A DNA stretch of 64,000 nucleotides from a virus. Lineage: Duplodnaviria; Heunggongvirae; Uroviricota; Caudoviricetes. A program made the translations under genes and the position numbers. Positions 59,686-64,000 of the stretch are shown here, one piece after another. The stretch is taken from IMG/VR virus record IMGVR_UViG_3300029996_000255. One strand, written 5' to 3'. The number at the start of each line of letters is the position of its first letter. Position 1 is the first letter of the stretch. The notes below the pieces were generated by a model that saw only the letters and a program-made list of their open reading frames with translations, did not search any database and had not been told where the DNA came from.

Positions 59686-59765
59686 TCTACTCACTGGCAG
59701 GCAGTTTCACGCTCAAGCGGTAGGATTAAACCTTTTGGAAGTGGGTTCAATTCCCACGGGTAGAT
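59686..59765 (+). ncRNA. tRNA-like element
   Basis: TCTACTC/GGGTAGA acceptor-like stem, GTGGG-TTCAATT-CCCAC T-arm, no canonical anticodon loop. Confidence 0.55.
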
Positions 59766-59843
59766 TCTGGCATTATGCCACTATAACTATAAAAATATTA
59801 TTGTGGATGTCCCCACGTTAAAACTTGGATGGATGGAGTTATT

Positions 59844-60638
59844 ATGTTAAAAATCAATTTCTTAAACAATGACGCAACTATTAATCAGATTACAGAACTT
59901 GCACAGGCTGTACGGTTCGAACTTTGCGATATGACAAAAAAAATGAACCTTGATGCAATCGCTAAACAGGCTAAAATTGTAGCTAATGAAAAGGGTACAC
60001 ATGATGAGGATGAGATTGCAACGGCTCAGGCTAAAATTGACAAATTAAAAGCTGAGAATGTCAAGTTGTCTACAACTATGGAAGAGTTACGGACAGTTTA
60101 TAATTCTATCATTGAGGCTATGACTGTACCTAATGACAAGGGTTATTCTAATAATTCTGATACTGTACGCACTGTATTGCGTGTAGTGGCTTGTGCTGAA
60201 AATAGCAAACTTTACAAGTATGCAATCATTCCAGTATTTGAGAATGAGTCACTTTATAACTGTTTACAGGCTATTCATGTAAATAATGATGTAGTAGAAG
60301 AGGGATACTCTACAAATACAAAAGAAAGAGTTGCACTCTATAAGTCTGCACAGGAAGAATTAGATAATATTATGCGTGATACATTTTCTTTGCCAATCGC
60401 TACACCTTACACAACTGCTTTACGTGTAAAACTCAATGCACAGGATAGAAAAGTATTACATGACTGCTACATTAAAGGTTTTTCTAATAAATTTGATACA
60501 GACGATACAGGCACAATTACATTCAAGTCACGCAAGTATAATACTGCCGTAAAGAAAAATCGCAAGGGTGAGATTGACTATTCAGGACTTGCAACTGATA
60601 TTGCAAAAATAGTTATTTCAAAGTATGCAGAAAAGTAA
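59844..60638 (+). CDS. Hypothetical early protein (264 aa)
   Basis: SD GGAG before ATG 59844; followed by hairpin AAGGGCAGA...TCTGCCCTT. Confidence 0.75.
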   Translation: MLKINFLNNDATINQITELAQAVRFELCDMTKKMNLDAIAKQAKIVANEKGTHDEDEIATAQAKIDKLKAENVKLSTTMEELRTVYNSIIEAMTVPNDKGYSNNSDTVRTVLRVVACAENSKLYKYAIIPVFENESLYNCLQAIHVNNDVVEEGYSTNTKERVALYKSAQEELDNIMRDTFSLPIATPYTTALRVKLNAQDRKVLHDCYIKGFSNKFDTDDTGTITFKSRKYNTAVKKNRKGEIDYSGLATDIAKIVISKYAEK

Positions 60639-60733
60639 AATCTTATAAAGTGTATAGTACGAAGGGCAGAGTTGAAAAATTCTGCCCTTTAATAGTGTAC
60701 ATTTTACACAATAATTTTAAGGAGACTATAACT

Positions 60734-60970
60734 ATGAACGCAATTCAAACTAAAAAGATGTTACATAACATAGAAGCAGATTATATTGGAATGGGTAGAA
60801 AATCTGTTAAACAAGATAATATAATTATAGACACTATTATGCATTTATATTATGTTACTGATTGGTTAGACTGGAAAGAGTGCAAATATTTATTCATGCA
60901 TTATATAGAAACTGGGATTTTGGATTTCCCAGAGGCTCAAAAAATGGCACGTAGAAGATTGACAGCATAA
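60734..60970 (+). CDS. Hypothetical protein (78 aa)
   Basis: SD AAGGAG before ATG 60734. Confidence 0.6.
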   Translation: MNAIQTKKMLHNIEADYIGMGRKSVKQDNIIIDTIMHLYYVTDWLDWKECKYLFMHYIETGILDFPEAQKMARRRLTA

Positions 60971-61007
60971 TGATAGCTATGCTAAAATGTAGTCACTATA
61001 AACGGAG

Positions 61008-61304
61008 GTGAAATGTGTGATAGTATATAATAAGCTAGGTGACTACTTAAAGTCAAAAAATATGAAATATATAGATTTACAAAGAGAACTTGCATTAAGC
61101 CCATCTATGACAGCTAAGTTTACAAAAAATAGAACTATGTCAACAGACACCATAAACAAAGTCTGCGAATATCTCCAAGTCCAACCATCAGAAATTATGG
61201 AATGGATACCAGATGCAGACTACAACAAGGCAAACGAACAAATTGCCTCAATAGACGCACAAATTGCGGAGCTAATGGCAAAGAAAAAAGAATTGCAAAA
61301 ATAG
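61008..61304 (+). CDS. Cro/C1-type HTH regulator
   Basis: IVYNKLGDYL...LSPSMTAKF...TINKVCEYLQVQPSEIME. Confidence 0.85.
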   Translation: MKCVIVYNKLGDYLKSKNMKYIDLQRELALSPSMTAKFTKNRTMSTDTINKVCEYLQVQPSEIMEWIPDADYNKANEQIASIDAQIAELMAKKKELQK

Positions 61305-61314
61305 GAGGACAACT

Positions 61315-61557
61315 ATGACAATAGAGGAAATGCGTCAAAGTATGACGCAAGCAAATGTATATTCAAAAGCAGATATAGATAAAATCTGTGAACTTGAAAA
61401 GGCATATCAAGAAGAATGACATGAGATAGCCGAACAATGCGAAGCTGAAGGCTATCCATCCAACGGAAGTAATTATGAACTCCGTTGTGAAAATGCAAGA
61501 GCTTATTATGATGAGCAAATTGCAGACATAGACGCAAATTATAGTTTTGAAGACTAA
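61315..61557 (+). pseudogene. Small protein gene with in-frame TGA at codon 35
   Basis: SD AGGAGG; MTIEEMRQ...AYQEE*HEIAEQCEAEGYPSNGSNYELRCENARAYYDEQIADIDANYSFED. Confidence 0.6.
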
Positions 61558-61693
61558 CTGCGTCAAATATAATAATCAAACCACTAAGCACCCAAACGCA
61601 AACCACATCGGGTGCTATTTTTGACTTGACAATACAACATATTTGATGTATTTTAAGGAAAAGAAAAACAAAGGCGAAATGGAGAATATACTA

Positions 61694-62029
61694 ATGGACA
61701 TAAACAGAACATTTATAGAAATTGATTCCTTTACTAAGAAATGGAAATCAATGGGATTAACAGAAGATGATTTAGTCATCTTGCAAGAATTGTTGTTAAA
61801 AGATCCAAAAATAGGTGATGTAATTCCAGGTGCAAGTGGAATTAGAAAAATAAGAATCCCTATTGACGGAATAGGCAAACGCAGTGGTGGCAGAGTAATT
61901 TATATTGATATAGAGGTAAAGGAATCTATATATTTGCTTGATGTTTATGCAAAAAATGAGCAAACTAATTTGTCAGAAAAGGAAAAGAAACTGCTTGCAA
62001 AATTAGTGGAACGATTAAAGGAGGTGTAA
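61694..62029 (+). CDS. higB: HigB/RelE-family toxin
   Basis: DPKIGDVIPGASGIRKIR...GKRSGGRVIY...LLDVYAKNEQTNLS; toxin-first order. Confidence 0.88.
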   Translation: MDINRTFIEIDSFTKKWKSMGLTEDDLVILQELLLKDPKIGDVIPGASGIRKIRIPIDGIGKRSGGRVIYIDIEVKESIYLLDVYAKNEQTNLSEKEKKLLAKLVERLKEV

Positions 62030-62032
62030 TAT

Positions 62033-62347
62033 ATGAGCTTTTACGAGGATATGGAAAGAGCATTAACAGAGGCTATTGAAATTGAAAAGGGAAATATTCC
62101 TCTAACAGAAAGAAAAAATATGCCAGCTCCGACTTTTTATGTTGCAGATAATGATAAGGAACTTATAGACAAAATAGTTGAAATACGTAAAAGTGAAAAC
62201 ATTTCTCAGTCAGAACTTGCAAAAATGACTGGGAACTCTCAGCAAGCTATTTCACGGTTTGAGAAAAAAACGCACAGTGCATCTATGAATTTATTTTATA
62301 GTATCATAAATGCACTTGGGTATGAAGTACAGCTTGTAAAGAGATAA
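62033..62347 (+). CDS. higA: HigA-like XRE-HTH antitoxin
   Basis: MSFYEDMERALTEAIE N-terminus and ISQSELAKMTGNSQQAISRFE HTH; 3 nt after the toxin. Confidence 0.8.
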   Translation: MSFYEDMERALTEAIEIEKGNIPLTERKNMPAPTFYVADNDKELIDKIVEIRKSENISQSELAKMTGNSQQAISRFEKKTHSASMNLFYSIINALGYEVQLVKR

Positions 62348-62640
62348 AATAATAGAATTTAGTTATAGCATCTAACGGAAATTAAAATCTGTTAGGTGCT
62401 ATTTTTATACCCAAAATTAAGGAGGTAAGCAATGAAACGCAAAATAATCTATATATTCATCACTTTAGCACTCATATTGAGTGCTTTTTTAATTGGCAAA
62501 ATGCAAAAGCCTAGTAAATACAATTATTTGAATTTAAACCAGATAACATCACACAAAACGGAAATAGCATAATAATTTACACATCAACAGGCGATTGTTA
62601 CGATTTCATAATAACAAAATAAGAAGGGAGAATATTAATC

Positions 62641-62796
62641 ATGTCAAGAGAAATGTATAACTACAAACGTAAAGCGGTACGGATTGCAAAAGATTTTCGT
62701 TATACAACGGAAACTATAGAAGCAATAGCCAATGCAAAAACGGAAAATGAAATCTCACGAATAATGCGTGAGGCAAGATTATCACAGGAGGATTAA
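62641..62796 (+). CDS. Small hypothetical protein (51 aa)
   Basis: SD GGGAG; MSREMYNYKRKAVRIAKDFRY... Confidence 0.55.
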   Translation: MSREMYNYKRKAVRIAKDFRYTTETIEAIANAKTENEISRIMREARLSQED

Positions 62797-62798
62797 CA

Positions 62799-63035
62799 AT
62801 GGAGCAGTTTAATTTTAGAATTATTAAGACAGCAAACGGAGCTGAAATAATAGACAATACTTTGTCAACTCCGTACAACTCATTAACACCTATTCAGATG
62901 ATGGATTATATCAATGTAGAAAACAGTCTGTATTTTGCAGAAAGACAAAAGAGATGGCAGAAGGCAGCCGAGCCAACAATCATTAACAAGGTGAAAAATT
63001 TTGCAAGGAGGATAATACATGAAGGGATATTATAA
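62799..63035 (+). CDS. Hypothetical protein (78 aa)
   Basis: SD AGGAGG. Confidence 0.65.
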   Translation: MEQFNFRIIKTANGAEIIDNTLSTPYNSLTPIQMMDYINVENSLYFAERQKRWQKAAEPTIINKVKNFARRIIHEGIL

Positions 63036-63138
63036 CGGATTTGCTTATATGGGATTTGTGCCAAGTATAGGCAAATATCAGCAATTTGAAAGCGAAACTG
63101 CATATAAAAATTATCTGATAGAAAGAGGTGAAATATAA
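63019..63138 (+). CDS. Small hypothetical protein (39 aa)
   Basis: SD AGGAGG; MKGYYNGFAYMGFVPSIGKYQQFESETAY... Confidence 0.55.
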   Translation: MKGYYNGFAYMGFVPSIGKYQQFESETAYKNYLIERGEI

Positions 63139-63302
63139 TGAAATATATTACTTACGAAGAACCGCTAAAAGGTAAAACATTCACAGAAAAGCAGATGCAT
63201 GAAGTCTACAGAGACTTAGCAAACAAAGCAGAATATCCAGACTTTGAGTGTTGGAAATCAGATATGCTCAAGTCAGGAGTGTTTGAAAAGTTTAGTAACT
63301 AA
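63138..63302 (+). CDS. Small hypothetical protein (54 aa)
   Basis: TAATG coupling, SD GAGGTG. Confidence 0.55.
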   Translation: MKYITYEEPLKGKTFTEKQMHEVYRDLANKAEYPDFECWKSDMLKSGVFEKFSN

Positions 63303-63379
63303 ACGGCAAGCGAAAGCAAGCCGTTATTTTTATATAAAAATACATATTAAAAATATTAAAAGGAAAGAGGTAGTTAATT

Positions 63380-64000
63380 ATGTGCAAAATTAACGGGAAG
63401 AAGTTAAGCGAAATTAGAATGAAAAAAGGATTATCACGAGAAGAACTGGCTACAAAAATTGGAATGTCTAAGTCATCTATAGAGAAATATGAAATAGGCA
63501 CAGCCAACCCAAGTGACAAAGTAGTAGATAAAATATGTCTGCTTTTAAAGATAAACAAAAATGATATTGAGGTTTCTGATGTAGGATACAGCTTTACACA
63601 AGGCATAAGCAGAACAGTAGATTATGCAAGACGTAAAAAAGACTTTGTTCGTTATTCGACACCACACCAGACAGAGGAATTTGTACAAACACATTCAAAC
63701 GCAGAAGAATCAATGGAGGTTAAAGAAGTAGATTGTGCATTAAAGAACTCTTTCAGTATTGCTTCAAAACGATATATTCTTATTAACCCAACATTTATAC
63801 ATATTCCAGATTGGCAGAGAGATACAGATATGGCAAAGGTGCAGGAAATAGCACAGAACTTTAATGAAGATAAATTTGATCCAGTTAAGGTATATATCAA
63901 AAACGGAAAACTGTATGTAGCCGATGGCGCACATAGAATAGTTGCATTTGTAATAAATGAAGAAATAAAAATGCTTGTAGAAGTACTTAATTGTTCAGAG
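63380..64000 (+). CDS. XRE-HTH fused to ParB/Srx-like domain (partial)
   Basis: GLSREELATKIGMSKSSIEKYE HTH; later WQRD...FDPVKV...VADGAHR. Confidence 0.75.
   Translation, partial: MCKINGKKLSEIRMKKGLSREELATKIGMSKSSIEKYEIGTANPSDKVVDKICLLLKINKNDIEVSDVGYSFTQGISRTVDYARRKKDFVRYSTPHQTEEFVQTHSNAEESMEVKEVDCALKNSFSIASKRYILINPTFIHIPDWQRDTDMAKVQEIAQNFNEDKFDPVKVYIKNGKLYVADGAHRIVAFVINEEIKMLVEVLNCSE

Noticed and set aside
1..64000. Genome-wide stop-codon reassignment
   Set aside because: Long genes are intact in code 11 and TAA, TAG and TGA all terminate genes; only one isolated in-frame TGA was found.

Overview
The window is 64 kb of a low-GC, SPbeta-like large siphophage or prophage of a Firmicutes host (Clostridia/Lachnospiraceae-like by inference). 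Positions 1-57,250 are mostly minus-strand: tail fibre, Tal, Dit, tape measure, tail tube, neck, capsid, protease, portal, terminase, holins, amidase, RecU, HU, a tyrosine recombinase, a YonO-type single-subunit RNA polymerase, 7 tRNAs, tRNA-like RNAs and a probable GOLLD RNA. A ~2.5 kb non-coding switch region follows, then plus-strand early/accessory genes including HigBA. The standout is the tape-measure gene, split by a ~3.19 kb group I intron (minus strand, 17435->14248). Its P1, P10, P3, P4-P5abc-P6, P7 and P8 elements can be read by eye, and splicing restores one in-frame 2869-aa protein. Its 3' peripheral loop carries ~2.6 kb of mostly antisense cargo genes with their own promoter and terminator, and no recognisable homing endonuclease. 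All calls come from manual reading; no database searches were run.
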